From Octopus sinensis (lineage: Eukaryota): a DNA stretch of 64,000 bases. Location of the stretch: NCBI RefSeq assembly GCF_006345805.1, contig NC_042997.1:11842001-11906000 (forward strand), in the 5' to 3' direction. Below the pieces are notes generated by a model. It was not told where the DNA came from, did not search any database, and worked only from the letters and a program-made list of their open reading frames with translations. Shown here piece by piece: positions 24,393 to 39,167 of this stretch (position 1 is its first letter; each line of letters starts with the position of its first letter). The translations under genes and the position numbers were made by a program.

Positions 24393-25749
24393 ATGTGTAT
24401 GTGTGTGTGTGTGTATGTGTGTGTGTGTGTGAGTGTGTGTCTGTTTACTGTGTATGTATGTATGAATGTGGTTGCGTTCATCTATGTACATTTGTGCCGA
24501 TGTGTAGTTAGGGCTATGTTTAATGTATCTTTGTATTTTAATAAATATGTAAGAAAGATGAGGACTACACATGACCTTTGCAAAGCTCCATCAAGTAGAT
24601 GAGGTCTGAATACTTCTAACGTAATAAATTACACTAAAGGTACCGAGAAACCAGATGGTGGCGATAACATGCATGTAATTTTTCTCTAATTAGATACTGC
24701 ACGTTTCTGTTCAAGGATCGGTTAATTCCAAATTCTAAAATATATATAAAAAAATATAATTTGAAAAGAAATAAAACAAAAAATAAATAAATGTAAAATA
24801 TTAAAAAAATGTGAATTTTGATATATTTTATAAACATTAAAAAATGGCGCTAACAAAATTAAATTGATTTTTGTCATAATATTTTTTTTACAATTTCAAT
24901 TATTATATCTGCTGCTTCTTCCTTCTTGACGGAGTTGATCATATTTTCAGTTTCAATACAGGACAGTATATTTTTCGATAAATTGCAAATAAACCATTTT
25001 TGATGATGTTACGCAGTGCATAATTCATCGATTCAACATAAGGTAAAAATAGAAGTGAACTAGCTTAACCGCTATTTTCCAAACTATTCATGTGTCATTA
25101 TTTTTATGTTCTCTCTCGTTATTGTTGTTAGTTTGATTATCATTGCCACTGTTACTTCGTTGCTGATGTTGCACTTGTTGTTGTTGTTGTTGTTGGGCTT
25201 CTTTCTTTTCTGTCGTATATTTTATTTACTGATTATAAGAGAAATCTAACAAAATGTGAGAGAAAAAAAAGGGGGCTTGAAGGAGGTGAGTGTTTAGTGC
25301 AAGTCCCTTTAGTTCTAAGAAAATATTGATAATTGTAATAACAGCTACAATAAAGATAATATGACGTCGATACAACAACAACAACAACAACAACAATAGC
25401 AGTAACAACGGAATGAAAGTATTGAGGAGAGAATTCAGAAAAGCGAGAGGACGAATATCATGAAGATGAAGGCGAATATCAAGGAAAAAACTGATGATTT
25501 ATCATCTAATTATACTTATTTGTAAGAATAAATATTAATTAAAAGTGGAAGTGAGAACGTACATATAACAATGTTGTACAAGGATAAAACATACACATAG
25601 ATAAGTCCATATACACACATACAAGCGTGCGCGCACACACGCACTTAAACACACACATACAAACAAGCACACACGAAATTTGATTAAACAGTATCGAGAG
25701 TGTTGCTATAGTAAAGAAGTTAAAGCACGCAGAGCGAAGATTAATCTTG

Positions 25750-26090
25750 AACTCTGTCACGCATGCGCACTAACAACATTCTCGCTCACTTACGTTGCTA
25801 ATAGCAATACTCAGAAGTAAAGTGTGTAGAGTGTGACGGAACCACACTACAGAGGTTCCGTCAGTGATCATGGCAGAGGAACATGAGCAGCGAATCTGCA
25901 TCAACAAGATTTCAAGACGTCAAAGAAATCCAAAAGAATGCGACGTGGCCGCTGCTCGCTATCTGAAATAGGAGTTCCGGGAATGCACCCATCAATGGAA
26001 ACGACGCTGGATAAAATGTGTTGCTTTAGAGTGTTGCAGGTTTCTTTTAATAGCACCAGTTATGATACTTTTCGATCAGATCTCGTATGA
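25750..26090 (+). mobile_element. internally deleted mariner
   Basis: MAEEHEQRICI (N-terminus-like) followed closely by ECTHQWKRRWIKCVAL (C-terminus-like). Confidence 0.5.
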
Positions 26091-26128
26091 GAGTAATGAA
26101 ATATTCGTTATACTGAAAGACTAAAGAA

Positions 26129-26546
26129 TACTCTCTTTCTCTCTCTCTCTTTTACTTGTTTCAGTCATTTGACTGCGGCCATGCTGGAGCACCGCCTTTA
26201 GTCGATCAAAACGACCCCGGAACTTATTCTTTGTAAGCCCAGTACTTATTCTATCGGTCTCTTTTGCCGAACCGCTAAGTGACGGGGACGTAAACACACC
26301 AGCATCGGTTGTCAAGCAATGCTAGGGGGACAAACACAGACACACAAACACACACACACATATATATATATATACATATATACGACAGGCTTCTTTCAGT
26401 TTCCGTCTACCAAATCCACTCACAAGGCATTGGTCGGCCCGGGACTATAGCAGAAGACACTTGCCCAAGATGCCACGCAGTGGGACTGAACCCGCAACCA
26501 TGTGGTTGGTTAGCAAGCTACTTACCACACAGCCACTCCTGCGCCT
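26129..26546 (-). mobile_element. SINE family A, full length
   Basis: About 10 differences from 5563-5979 over about 400 bp by eye. Confidence 0.9.
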
Positions 26547-26723
26547 TAATATATCTTAAATTAAAAGATTAGCAGGAAAAGATGTAAAGATTGCGATACG
26601 TGGCATATCTGATGAAACCAGCTAAATGAAATAGCTAGGAGTAATGTCTATATATATTAATATCAGTGTTGTGAGGAAACGCGCGCATATATATATAAAT
26701 ATGAGCGTACACAAACACACACA

Positions 26724-26895
26724 CAGACGGTGAATAAATTATCGTGGAAATTACGCAAAAATTAAAATAATCTCATTTTAATAGATATATTTACCAAAAG
26801 TACGTAAAAATATCTTGAAATCGTAAAGAGTAAATTTATTCAACGCAATCGCCATTGGTTTCAACCACGGCATCCAGACAACTGGAGCTTCCTGC
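26724..26895 (-). mobile_element. Tc1/mariner (maT-like) 3' end
   Basis: Homologous to 28265-28505. Confidence 0.65.
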
Positions 26896-27127
26896 GAGAA
26901 TGCCAAGTAGTACAGCATGTCGTTTCCAAATTACTGGCAGAATGAATTGCGTCCTGATGCTGTTTTTTTTCTGACAGATAGTGCCCAACTGACCCTCCTA
27001 TGCAGTGTAGTCTAAAAATCAAAAGCAAACATGTGCATGCGCGAAAATAAAATTATAAGATAGCGGGAATTTGCCCACCACAGCCTCTGTATGTATGTAT
27101 GTATATATGTATATATATATATATATA

Positions 27128-27430
27128 TGGCTCAGTGGTTACGGTATTGGACTCAAGATCTTAAGATTGTGGTTTCGATTCCTGGACCGCGTGATGAGTT
27201 GTACTCTTGAGAGAAACACTTGATTTCACGCTGCCCCAGTCCACTCACCTTGTAAAATTGAAAAATCCTGTGACGGACCGGCGTTCAGGGAGGAATAAAA
27301 ATGCCAGAGAGATAGGGAATGCGGCCTCATGCTTCTAACGGAGTAATGTTGTCTGACCATATACATCACGTAATTGGCCAGACTATCGGATGTTGTTATG
27401 CATCGCTGGTCACAATGTGCTTAGTATCGT
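27128..27430 (+). mobile_element. degraded tRNA-derived SINE (family C-like)
   Basis: tggctcagtggtta...ggtttcgattcctggacc...ccagtccactca. Confidence 0.7.
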
Positions 27431-27776
27431 CTTTTGACAGCCCCTGATTGGAAGCTAGTCCGCTGCAGTGTTAGCTGTTTAAATCTGCGTGAAATTGAAA
27501 TGTTTTGCTCAAGAACAAAACATGGCTCTCATTCCGGAAATCGAACCCACGACTAAAAGTGGAAAAATGTGTTTTTATTTTAAATAAAGAATTTTTGTTC
27601 GATTTTCTGTTAATTAGCTATCCATATAAACCCTGAGAATACTCTGAAAGTATTGATGTATTTCCAATAGCAGGGCTATTTCTACTGTATGATGACATCA
27701 GGTAACGAATAACTGGACGAGCTTTGCATAGTATTCCACAAAGATTTTACCCAAATTTTATTTAAGCATATATATA

Positions 27777-27877
27777 TATTTATTTATATTAAGGGCATTA
27801 CTATACATAAATGCCTCACGCTACGAGGGTTTCTTCAAGGCATTTATGTATAGTAATACCCTTAATATAAATAAATA
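27777..27877. repeat. fold-back, same family as 19352 with a different turn point
   Basis: 40-bp arms with one mismatch and a 21-nt loop; 27890-27965 matches the reverse complement of 19200-19300. Confidence 0.85.
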
Positions 27878-27994
27878 CTTTTAAATGGAATAATTAATAA
27901 TTTTCCCTTATGAGGTCTTTCACGCTGACTACTTGATAAATTCTTATAAAGATTTTATCCTATTTTAAAATTATATATATATATATATATAATA

Positions 27995-28219
27995 TACAAA
28001 TGAAGTAGTGTTGAAAATTTCCTGGTTTTAAGAGTATCGCGAAAAACCTGATCGGAGTCCCAATCTTCCGTGTTAATTTGGAGGGCTTAGAATAACTGAA
28101 GGACCGCTGCAATGAATCTGTGAATCTGAAAGGGGAATATGTTGAATAGAATCAAAATTAACTGATCCTGCTGTATTCTATTTCATCAACAGTCAGGAAC
28201 TTTTCTGTACCCCTTCGTA
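27995..28219 (+). mobile_element. mariner-derived MITE
   Basis: Imperfect TIRs (gttgaaaatttcctgg / caggaacttttctgtaccccttcgta); internal EGLE*LKDRCNESVNLKGEYVE*. Confidence 0.65.
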
Positions 28220-28264
28220 TACACATACGCACGCACACCCAAACACACAGAGATACACACAAAG

Positions 28265-28505
28265 AGTGCGGTGAATAAACTGTCATCTAAATTACGCAAA
28301 AATGAAAATAACGTTGACATATCATTTTAACAGATATGTTTATCTAAATTACATAAAAATATCTTGAAAGATTAAACAGTAAATTTATTCAATAAAATCG
28401 CCATTGCCTTCAACCATGGCCTCCAGACGACTTCGGAATCTCCTGTACCTCTTCTGGACGTTCTCCTTGTTTAAGTTGGGGAATGCTGCCAATAAACTTA
28501 GGATG
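28265..28505 (-). mobile_element. Tc1/mariner (maT-like) 3' end
   Basis: On -: AAFPNLNKENVQKRYRRFRSRLEAMVEGNGDFIE*. Confidence 0.75.
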
Positions 28506-28944
28506 AACAAATGCTAGGTTACCCTGACTACCAAGTAAAAAAATCTTCAAATATTTCCTGTCCTATATTACCTACTAAAAGTAAGTCCAATCCGCCGTGC
28601 CAGGGATCTCAATTTTACCTAACTTTCAGTAATTTTTACTGGATGGAAATGCTTCTCTTTTCACTCATGTTTAGCTTCCATTTTCAATTGTACTTGTAGA
28701 AGTTAGTGAAGAACTTATTTCATTCCTTTCGGAGAGGTAATGAATGTCAAAATCTAGCATTTTCTTTAACCTGAAGTCATTCGATCTGATTATTTACTGG
28801 TGGATGTCTCTGATCATAGGAAAATAAAATCAGAGAATTGATGTTGTTTTAAGTAGTGGTTCTATTTTTTTTAAATCTTGATTTCGTTTAAAAAATACAG
28901 AAAACATGCAAGAAAGTGGAGGAAGAGAGAAATGAGAAGGAATA

Positions 28945-29010
<66 letters not shown>

Positions 29011-29399
29011 TATAAAGAGAGAGATAGGATAGGACAGAAATAATATATGATAAATATATAGAATAGAGGTGAAGAGTCTGAAGTGTGTGTGTGTATGTGG
29101 GAATGCGTGAAAATGAAAATGAAAGTAAATGAATAAAAGACAATGAACTAAAACGGTGAATGGTACTAGAGGAGCGTAATAAAAGGCAGGGGAAAAAGGC
29201 AATGAGTTCATCGTAAGCTTTCGTAATAGAGACTGTAGATGCTGATTTTTTGAAAAAAATTATTTGCTTCATAATTATAAAGAAAACGTCAACAGGAGGT
29301 AGCGCATGTTAAGAAGAGGTCAACTAGTGGAACTAACAATAATATGCATTTAACGGGTCTTCAATAAAATTTTAAAAATTAAGCTGTAGATTAAGCTAG

Positions 29400-29439
29400 A
29401 GAGAAATAATGAAAGATATTGAGAGATAGAGATAGAAAT

Positions 29440-29496
<57 letters not shown>

Positions 29497-29740
29497 GATA
29501 ATTAGAAGGATATTGGGGGAAAGGGAATGAAGCGAAAGAGTGAAACAACGGAATGGAAAGGTAATAGGAGAAATAAAGAGAATCTATGAACTGGCGGAAA
29601 TATTTAAATGGGAAAAAGAAAATGATAAGGTATTTTTTAAATCCTGGATAATATGAGGAAACAGATAGGTGATAAAAGTGAGTGAGAAAGCAATTATGAG
29701 AATTCACAAAGGAGAGTGCGAAGGAGAGAGAGCGAGAGAG

Positions 29741-29787
<47 letters not shown>

Positions 29788-30076
29788 AAGAGATAAAATA
29801 CGTAAGAGAAATCAAAAATAAAACAAAACACAAATTATTGAAAGGTCAATCAGTAACAGTGTATTTGAATAAAAAATGAATTTCAAACTAAAAAAATTAG
29901 GAGAGAAAGAAATGTTTAATTAGAAACTGGAGAAGGAGGAAACAGAGAGGATATTCAAGAATATACAACTATACGTGGGCTAATTCGCACACAAATATAC
30001 CAAAAACATACGCACACCAGCATACATAACCGTATATACATACATACATACATACATACATACATACATACATACA

Positions 30077-30108
<32 letters not shown>

Positions 30109-30148
30109 GAGATACATGCAAACATACATACATATGTATATGCATGCA

Positions 30149-30190
<42 letters not shown>

Positions 30191-30435
30191 GACATGTATA
30201 CACTCACATACATGTATACAAACATACATGCAATATATATATGCATACACACATACACAACACATATAAATGCGCGCGTGTGTGTATGTATGTATGTATG
30301 TGTATATACCCATATAAATCCCTGTGAATGAATGTCTAAAATATGTCCAAAATGTACTGACTTACAAATACGCCCATATCTATATGATGTATATATATAT
30401 ATATATATACACTTCCCCCTCTCTCTGTCTCTGTC

Positions 30436-30516
<81 letters not shown>

Positions 30517-30684
30517 CAATCTATTTATCTATCTGGTCAATGGAGCTGCACACAAACACACACACACACACACGCACTCACATATGTTCTTACACGAATA
30601 TATCTCTGTCTTTCTCTTTCTTTCATCACACATAAATACACAGAAGTCTCAGGCACACATACGCACTCACACACATCTATCTAT

Positions 30685-30767
<83 letters not shown>

Positions 30768-30780
30768 CCTACCTACCTAC

Positions 30781-30834
<54 letters not shown>

Positions 30835-30839
30835 GTCTG

Positions 30840-30914
<75 letters not shown>

Positions 30915-31196
30915 ATCTACCTACCTACCTACCTACCTACCTACCTACCTACCTACCTATCTATCTATCTATCTATCTATTTATCTATATATCTACTTAC
31001 CGATGTATTTTTCTATCTATCGATCTATCGCACACATTCTACACTCACATACACATCCATCCATCCATCCATCCATCCATCCATCCATACATTCATAAAT
31101 ACATACATAAATACATAAATACATACACGCAAACACACACAGATATACATACAAAATAGCACACACACAGATGCTCATACATACACACACATACAA

Positions 31197-31238
<42 letters not shown>

Positions 31239-31260
31239 TATATATATACATATAAGCATA
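29400..31260. repeat. microsatellite field: (GA)n, (TACA)n, (TA)n, (CTAT)n/(CTAC)n, (CCAT)n
   Basis: Successive simple arrays; (CTAT/CTAC)n spans about 30675-31020. Confidence 0.9.
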
Positions 31261-31376
31261 TATTTTACAATAGTTCTTTGTCAAAAATACTTATTTTACT
31301 GCAGTGGCGTCAGTGAGTACACAAAATTTCCAGAATAAAATTTTATTTTTCGAAAGAGCTATACAAATGCCAAGTG

Positions 31377-31419
<43 letters not shown>

Positions 31420-31697
31420 AGCAGCAACAACAACAACTAATAGTATGGAATCGAATAAGGCAGCTGCAGCCGTATCGATAATACATAGCAACAGTTATAA
31501 AAACTACTTGATTTCTACATCATTGCTAACAATAATATTGAGCCGCTCTGTCGGTAACATTAACAACAACAACAGCAGCAGGAAAAACAGAACCAAAACA
31601 ACAGAATCAGCAGCACTATTGCTATTGTAAAAAGGAGGAGAGTATGATGTGGACAAAATATAGAAGGTCAAAATATAACAATGATAATAATAATAAT

Positions 31698-32127
<430 letters not shown>

Positions 32128-32134
32128 GATAATA

Positions 32135-34730
32135 ATTAAGACAGATGCAAAGAAATTTTATAGGGAAATTGGAAAAAATAAAATACACATGGAAGATCCA
32201 CCTAAGATTGAGGAAGTGGAGGAGTTCTGGAAGAAGGTATGGAGCAATGAAAAGGAGTTTAATGCTGAGGCTGACTGGATAGAACGTGAGAAAGAGAGAC
32301 TGGATGAACTTGAAGAACAGAAATGGGAAGCAATAGGAATAGAGGAGCTAAGGTGTGTCCTTAGGAAGGCTCATAAATGGAAAACTGAATCGGATCCCTA
32401 ACTTGTCATTCAGAACCCAGAGCAAATACCTGCTTGGCTGACTGAAGGAACCACCTACCTATTACCTAAAACCGAAGACACAAAAAACCCAAAACATTAC
32501 CAGCCAATAACATGTCTCAACACCATCTACAAAATCCTCACATCCATAGTAACGGAGAGAATGTACGCTTTCCTTGAACAAAACTCTATCCTTCCACAAG
32601 CTCAAAAAGGTTGTAAAAGAAACTCTTATGGGTGCAAATACCAATTGCTCATTAACAGAATGGTTGTAGAGAATTGCCGGAGCAAAAACAAAAACCTGAG
32701 TATGGCATGGATAGACTACAGGAAAGCGTTTGACAGTGTCCCACATAAATGGATACTCAAGGCCCTTGAGATATACAAGATCTCTCCTGTCGTCTCAAAA
32801 TTCTTACAGAATAGCATGACCATGTGGAACACACGTCTCTTACTCAGCCATAGTAATGGGATGAGCCAGTCCAACAGCATCAACATCAAACGAGGCATCT
32901 TTCAAGGTGACTCCCTCTCTCCATTACTTTTTTGCATGGCACTGATCCCACTCTCAAACGAATTGGATAATACCAGATATGGGTACAAAGTGTTTAGTAA
33001 GTCAATAAACCACCTTTTCTATATGGACGACCTAAAGCTGTTTGCCAGGAATGACCAAGAGCTAGAAAGGCTGCTAACAACTGTTAAAGAGTTTAGCAAT
33101 GATAGCGGAATGGATTTTGGCCTTGATAAGTGTGCTAAAGCAACTTTTGTAAGAGGCAAGCTCAGGCAAACAGATTCTATTAAATTAGATATTGACACTA
33201 CCATCAAGGAACTTGACCCACAAGAAAGTTACAAATACCTAGGAATCAACGAAGGAGATGGTATACATTATGCTACTATGAAGGAAAAAATAAGAAAAGA
33301 ATACTATAGGAGAATAAAGCTTGTACTGAAGACTGAACTCAACTCCAAAAATTGCATTGAGGCCATTAACACCCCGGCACTTCCAGTAGTCCAGTACAGT
33401 TTTAACATCATTAACTGGAACCTTACGGAACTCCAACGCTTGGACAGGAAGACAAGAAAATTATTGACATCCAAGAACATGCACTACCCTAAGGCAGATG
33501 TAGACCGCCTGTACCTACCTAGAAGCATCGGGGGGGGGGAGAAATGATGCAATTAGAGCTGTGCTATAAGACCTCCACTGTAGGAATGAACAGGTACCTA
33601 TCTAGTACAAAGGACTGGATGCTGCGACTTGTGTGCGAACACGAATGCAGCAAAAAGCTGCATTCTATTGTCAAGGAAGCTTATAAGTTCGAAAGGGAAC
33701 TAGACATTAACCTTGAATCAGATGAAGAGCCGGAAACCACTACTACCAAGCAAGCAAAGCGAATCAAGCAGACTGCAAAAAAGAACGGGCAGAATCAAAT
33801 TGAGAGACGGTGGAGCCAGAAGCCCCTGCATCGACAATATATTCTCCGAAGCCAAAATGCTGATGTAGACCAAGCAACAACCCATCAGTGGCTGAAGATT
33901 TCAGGATTGAAAGCAGAAACTGAAGGCTTCATACTGGCAGCACAAGATCAAAGCTTGTTTACCAGAAATTACCAGGTTAGCATTCTCCGAAACGGTACTG
34001 ACCCTAAATGCAGATTCTGCTACACATTTGACGAAACAATAGACCATCTCGTTTCCGGATGTCATGTGCTGACACCAAAGGAATACAAAAATCGACACGA
34101 TAGGGTAGGACAGTATATACATTGGAAGATATGTAAACACTACAAATTCGGCACTCCTGCTAACTGGTATGAACATCATCCTCAGCCAGTTGTTGAAGGT
34201 AAAAATGTCACCATCCTCTGGGATTTTCCAGTCAACACTGACAGAACGATCAAGGCTAATCGACCAGACATAATTGTTAAAGACAAGGAAGAAAAAATAC
34301 CTGCAGACTAATAGAGGTAAGCGTCCCCACTGATAAAAATGTATCTGTAAAGGAATTCGACAAACTTAGTAAATATAAGGACCTGAAAATCGAAATACAA
34401 AAGATGTGGAATCCTAAAACAAAAACTGTTCCTGTTATTGTAGGTACCCTAGGTATGATAAAAAAGGGATGTCAGAAACACCTAGACAATATCCCTGGAG
34501 AACCATGTCTCAAGGAAATCCAAAAGATTGTGCTAACAAGTACTGTCCACATCCTTAAAAAACCCCTACCAATGTAAATGTTTGTGCTGTATTACATGGA
34601 GATATTTCTCTACTTCCCCTCCCCAAGCTTTCAGCTATATTTCAACAACTCTTAACCTTCACTTGCCCTAGGGCGCTGGGTGTGTCCCGGCAAGTGATTG
34701 CATCAAGCATGCAGATGAAAAGTAAATGAC
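32135..34730 (+). mobile_element. R4/Dong-like RLE retrotransposon 2 (RT + CCHC + RLE), 5'-truncated
   Basis: AWIDYRKAFDSVPH, RGIFQGDSLSPLLF, HLFYMDDLKL, CRFCYTFDETIDHLVSGC, RPDIIVKD..LIEVSVP..KE.DKLSKY; deletion near 32400, frameshifts at G10 (33530-39) and about 34295; stop at 34577; (AAT)/(GAT) tail. Confidence 0.93.
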
Positions 34731-34764
34731 AATGATAATAATAATAATAATAATAATAATGATG

Positions 34765-34878
<114 letters not shown>

Positions 34879-35371
34879 TCGCTGTGAAAACAACATCCAG
34901 TCATGAATTTATTTATTAATTGATTTTTTTTAAATACATATTTTACCTGTGAATTTGCGTGTGTAATCTGGGAATGAGTACAATGAGCTTCTCTGCCCTA
35001 GGTGTACGAAAAACACTCGGCGAGAAAAGGAAGGAAATTTGAAGAAAGAACGAAAATAACAACAACAATAACAACAAGAACAATAATTATAATAATAATA
35101 TTAATAATACATCATACATATCACCCTTATACAAACCTTATTCATGAACCTTTTGAGCGTAGTGGGTCACTCAATCAGAAGATTCTAACAGAAGATTCTA
35201 ACCTGCCAGATCATGTGCTGTTTTATCTTGATATAAGATCACCATGTAACGCACATATGGCTGTGATGCATGTTTCTAGTGTACCCTCATGAAATGTGTA
35301 GTCATGGTGGGCATATTGGGCTTCGTATATTTGTACACCAGTGTCAATTCGATGGCATGGGCTACTCTCTC

Positions 35372-35790
35372 AGTCGATCATGAGATAGAGAATAGGAAGC
35401 CAGATATAGTCTTAATTGAGAAAGAAAGCAAACTATGCTGGATCATAGATATAGCATGCCCAGCTGACAACAAGGTATGCGTTAAGGAAGAAAGAAAAGT
35501 CGATAAATATGAGTGGTTAGCTTGGGAGGTTAAGCAGTTGTGGTCGATGAAAAAGGTAGTAGTAGTAGTACCAATAATTGTCGGAGCCCTGGGAACAGTG
35601 AGTAAAATTCTTGAGAAGCACATGGAACAAATTGGGACTACAGTAAGTGTGGAGCACTTTCAGAAAACATCACTGCTTAGAACCGCTCGAATACTCCGGA
35701 AGGTCTCGAAAAATAAGGGGTGTTACCTTAGTTCACTGGCAGTGAATAGCTGACACCGTAGTACATCTCCAGCGAAGGCATCCAATTACC
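35372..35790 (+). mobile_element. R4/Dong-like 3' fragment 3
   Basis: NRKPDIVLIEKESKLCWIIDIACPAD...KEERKVDKY...VPIIVGALG...LLRTARILRKV. Confidence 0.88.
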
Positions 35791-36545
35791 AGATGGCCAG
35801 ACATTAAAATCATTGAAAGGAGATAGTTATAAGTAACTACCAGTATTAGAAGCTGACAGAGTACTAACTACAGAAATGAAAACGAAAATTGGGAAGAAGT
35901 ATATAAGAAGGGTGGGGAGGCTAATGCAGTCAAAACCAAATGGTCCGAATCTAGTGAAGGCTGTAAATACTTGCGAATGCCCGAAATTGGTACAACGCGA
36001 ATACAAAAGACGACATGACAATGTGGAAAATACGATCCATTGGGAGCTCTGTGGAAATCACGGCCTACAAAGAACAAAGACGTGGTATGGAGAAACTCCA
36101 GAACGAGTCATCCTGTGGTATACGATGACCCAGTTCGATCACATGACCGGACGTAGGAAACCGGACATTGTTGTGGTGAATAAAAAAGAAAGAACATGCA
36201 TAATAATCGACATAGCATTTCCCGGCGACAACAGGGTCAAAGAAAAAGAAGACAAAATGAACAACTATCACGATTTGAAATGGAAATACAAAGGTTGTGG
36301 TCATCGAAGAGAGTAGATGTGATACCAATAGTAATTAGCGCACTTGGAAGTATCAGCGCTCAACTGATTGGTGCAAGTGTAAAGGAAGAACACCTACAAA
36401 ATTCAGCACTGCTTGGAACCTCAAGAATTCTTCGTCTTCGCAGGGTTCTTTGTGCATGACCAGTAAACAAGTGTCACCTTAGTCTGCTGGCTGTAGACTG
36501 CTGACACTTTCTTCATACCCAGCAATATTAGCTGTTAGTTTTCGT
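35791..36545 (+). mobile_element. R4/Dong-like fragment 4, internally deleted
   Basis: LPDG...LEAD...KAVNT joined directly to CPKLVQREYKRRHDNV...RKPDIVVV...IIDIAFPGD. Confidence 0.88.
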
Positions 36546-36565
36546 ATAATGGTAATGATAATCAT

Positions 36566-37350
36566 TTCTTTATTGGCCGAACACAAAGCAAATAGAGACA
36601 ATACAAAACTAGGGAAACGTGGGGTTTAACACAGAAATCGAATAAACAATAAAATTACAATAATAATTAAGAAAACAATTAAGCAATAATAATTCTCCCA
36701 AAATGGGGATTTAGTCACAGGTTTACAAGCGAAAGTCCAGAGCAAACAGAAAAGAAATAGAAAAAGTAAAATCCCACACGCACCACCCTCACCACATTCA
36801 CCCACCTTTCACCAAACATACTGGGGGGGGCAGAACTTCTCTCTCTACTTTCACTTTCTTGGTCGAAAAGGAAAGAATCTGTCTACAGTCCTTTCAATCT
36901 CGTCCACCACATTATCTCCTTCACAATAGCCACCAGACAGAGGAAAACTTTCTTTACCGGTCAAAGGAAGGCGGTAGGATGATCTTCACGATTGACTCGG
37001 CTGATAATCAGATCCATCCTAAACGCGTCAACAGCTGTTCGACAAAGCTTTACAGGTCAGTAATGCACGGACACTGGATGAGTGCATGTAGGACGGTTTC
37101 GTCGCCCTGCTCACACTCCAAACATGTCTATCTGACAGCACACCCGTGTCTATAGAGCTTGTCTCGAACCGACAGAGCTCCAGGTGCACTGCCAGGCTAA
37201 GGATTTCTGTAAGTTATCCATAAGGCCCGGCCCAAAATTCCTCCGAAAGGACCATTCAGTTGATCTCTCCCAACTCCAGAATTTTCCAGAGTACGTCGTC
37301 GCTCTTTCCCGTCACTAATCCATTATAAAACTCCATAGTGGAATTCCACC

Positions 37351-37402
<52 letters not shown>

Positions 37403-38140
37403 CCTTCCTACTGTAGGCACAAGGCTTGGAATTTGAGGGGAGAAGAAGAGTTGATTATTTCGACTCCAGTGTTTCACTGGTTTATCGACCCTTAAAAGAT
37501 GAAAGGCTTGGCACACCAGGACTGACGCGTTCAACTTCCAGTGGCTAGGACGCTGTCTACAAAGCCTACTTAAGTCGACCGCACAAATCACGAACTTGTG
37601 GTTTGTATAGTGAGTGATTTTGAAAAACATGACAATTTATGCTATCCTTATCTACTGGCCTACAGGATACTCTATCTAGATACGACACAGATGATCCGAT
37701 ATGGTTTTTCCAATGTCTGCACTGGAACATCTGGGAAATCCAGTCAGTACTTGTCAGAGAGTTGAAAACGTCTGAACAGGTTTTGGAGGCTTTTGAAGTC
37801 CGCTCTTTTAACATCTAGCCCTACAGTCTAAATGTATACCCAAGATGGTGTTCCAGTCAGCCATTAACACTAAATGTCGAAATATTCTCAGAAAAAAGTG
37901 TGACGAAATCCGACTATTCTACTCCTGTCGGAGAATAGCCAGCCACCAGTCTGAAAGTATCTCAGGCGCTACTGTTTACATCCAAGGCCACCAACTTACC
38001 TTCTGGGTACAGGAAGATGTTCCCTATCTTGTGATCCAAACCTTTCCGGGAAAACACCGGGTGTTCTAGCCCTCCCCCATTCCCAGTTGTTATGGCGATG
38101 AGCATATCACACATCCACCGCAAATGGACAGGCAAGCTTA
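36566..38140 (-). mobile_element. L1/Tx1-clade LINE lacking RT (APE + CCHC ends)
   Basis: APE: EGKLVALDV..FRLVAGYSPTG...HWKLNAS; C-terminus: VRDKLYRHG..CLECEQGDETVLHALIQC; 3' end ccaataaagaaat; the middle is replaced by a SINE M 3' half and (ATT)n at about 37350-37505. Confidence 0.8.
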
Positions 38141-38165
38141 TCAATTGGAGAGTATGGTCTCACTG

Positions 38166-38557
38166 ATAGTGGAGATTGGTGGTTTCATCACGGCAATGCG
38201 TCTGCGCACACTTCCTTGAGTGTGAGACAGTTTCTGACTTTAAAAATCGCATGACCACGCTTAAACCGTATTCATCATTTTTTTTTTATTTCCCCGAATG
38301 GATAAAATAAATTCTGAAAGGAAAACTTTCTGCAGATGTGGAAGAGGGGATAAAGTAAAAAAAATGACGGAAGCCTTAAGAGGCATCACTTCGCAAGAGT
38401 TCTAGGAATTGCTCTGAACAATGGAAAACGCGTCTGGACCGATGTGTTTTTGCTTCGAGTGGAGAATATTTTGAAGGTGATGAAAGCGTAAACATATAAA
38501 ACTAGGTAAATATAATAATATCACAAAATTCCGGTTTCTTTGGTGTACCTCCTCGTA
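38166..38557 (+). mobile_element. mariner 3' remnant with TIR
   Basis: SGDWWFHHGNASAHTSLSVRQFL...FFLFPRM...EQWKTRLDRCV..SGEYFEGD; ends ttccggtttctttggtgtacctcctcgTA. Confidence 0.85.
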
Positions 38558-38707
38558 TATATAACATACATTGACAAGGTTGCAACTAGAAGTTTGGAAG
38601 TAAAAGTATAAATAATGAATGAGCGAAAATCTAACGGTGCGTGTGTTAGATAATAAGGCATTAATACAATATGACTCTCCCCAGACACAATATATATACA
38701 CACACAC

Positions 38708-38806
<99 letters not shown>

Positions 38807-39133
38807 TATATATATATAAACACATACACATGAACACATTTCTATCTATTTAGCTATTTATCTATATCTATATATATATATATGGAAAGAGAGAGAGAGA
38901 GAGAGAGAGAGATACACACGCCTATATACCTACACACATTTTTACACACACACATACACATATATAACACATACACAATATACACCTAAAACAAAACAAT
39001 ATAAAGACCTAAAAGAAACAAAATAAATTAATAATGAAAGATAGAGAGAGAAAGGGAAAGAAGGAGCGGTGTATTATAAATGTTGACAAAACGATATCGA
39101 TGGACGTAGAAAATTAACGATAACATACAAACA

Positions 39134-39167
<34 letters not shown>

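Noticed and set aside
26605-26645. CTGATGA...GAAATAGCTAG hammerhead-like string
   Set aside because: Helix II does not pair and there is no NUH site in register.
31304-31630. Poly-S/A/T ORF suggesting a transcription-factor-like exon
   Set aside because: Built from CAT/CAG/CAA trinucleotide repeats with no domain or splice support.
33530-33539. G10 run as a programmed frameshift or assembly error hiding an active Dong element
   Set aside because: The copy also has a deletion near 32400, a second frameshift near 34295 and a 5' truncation.
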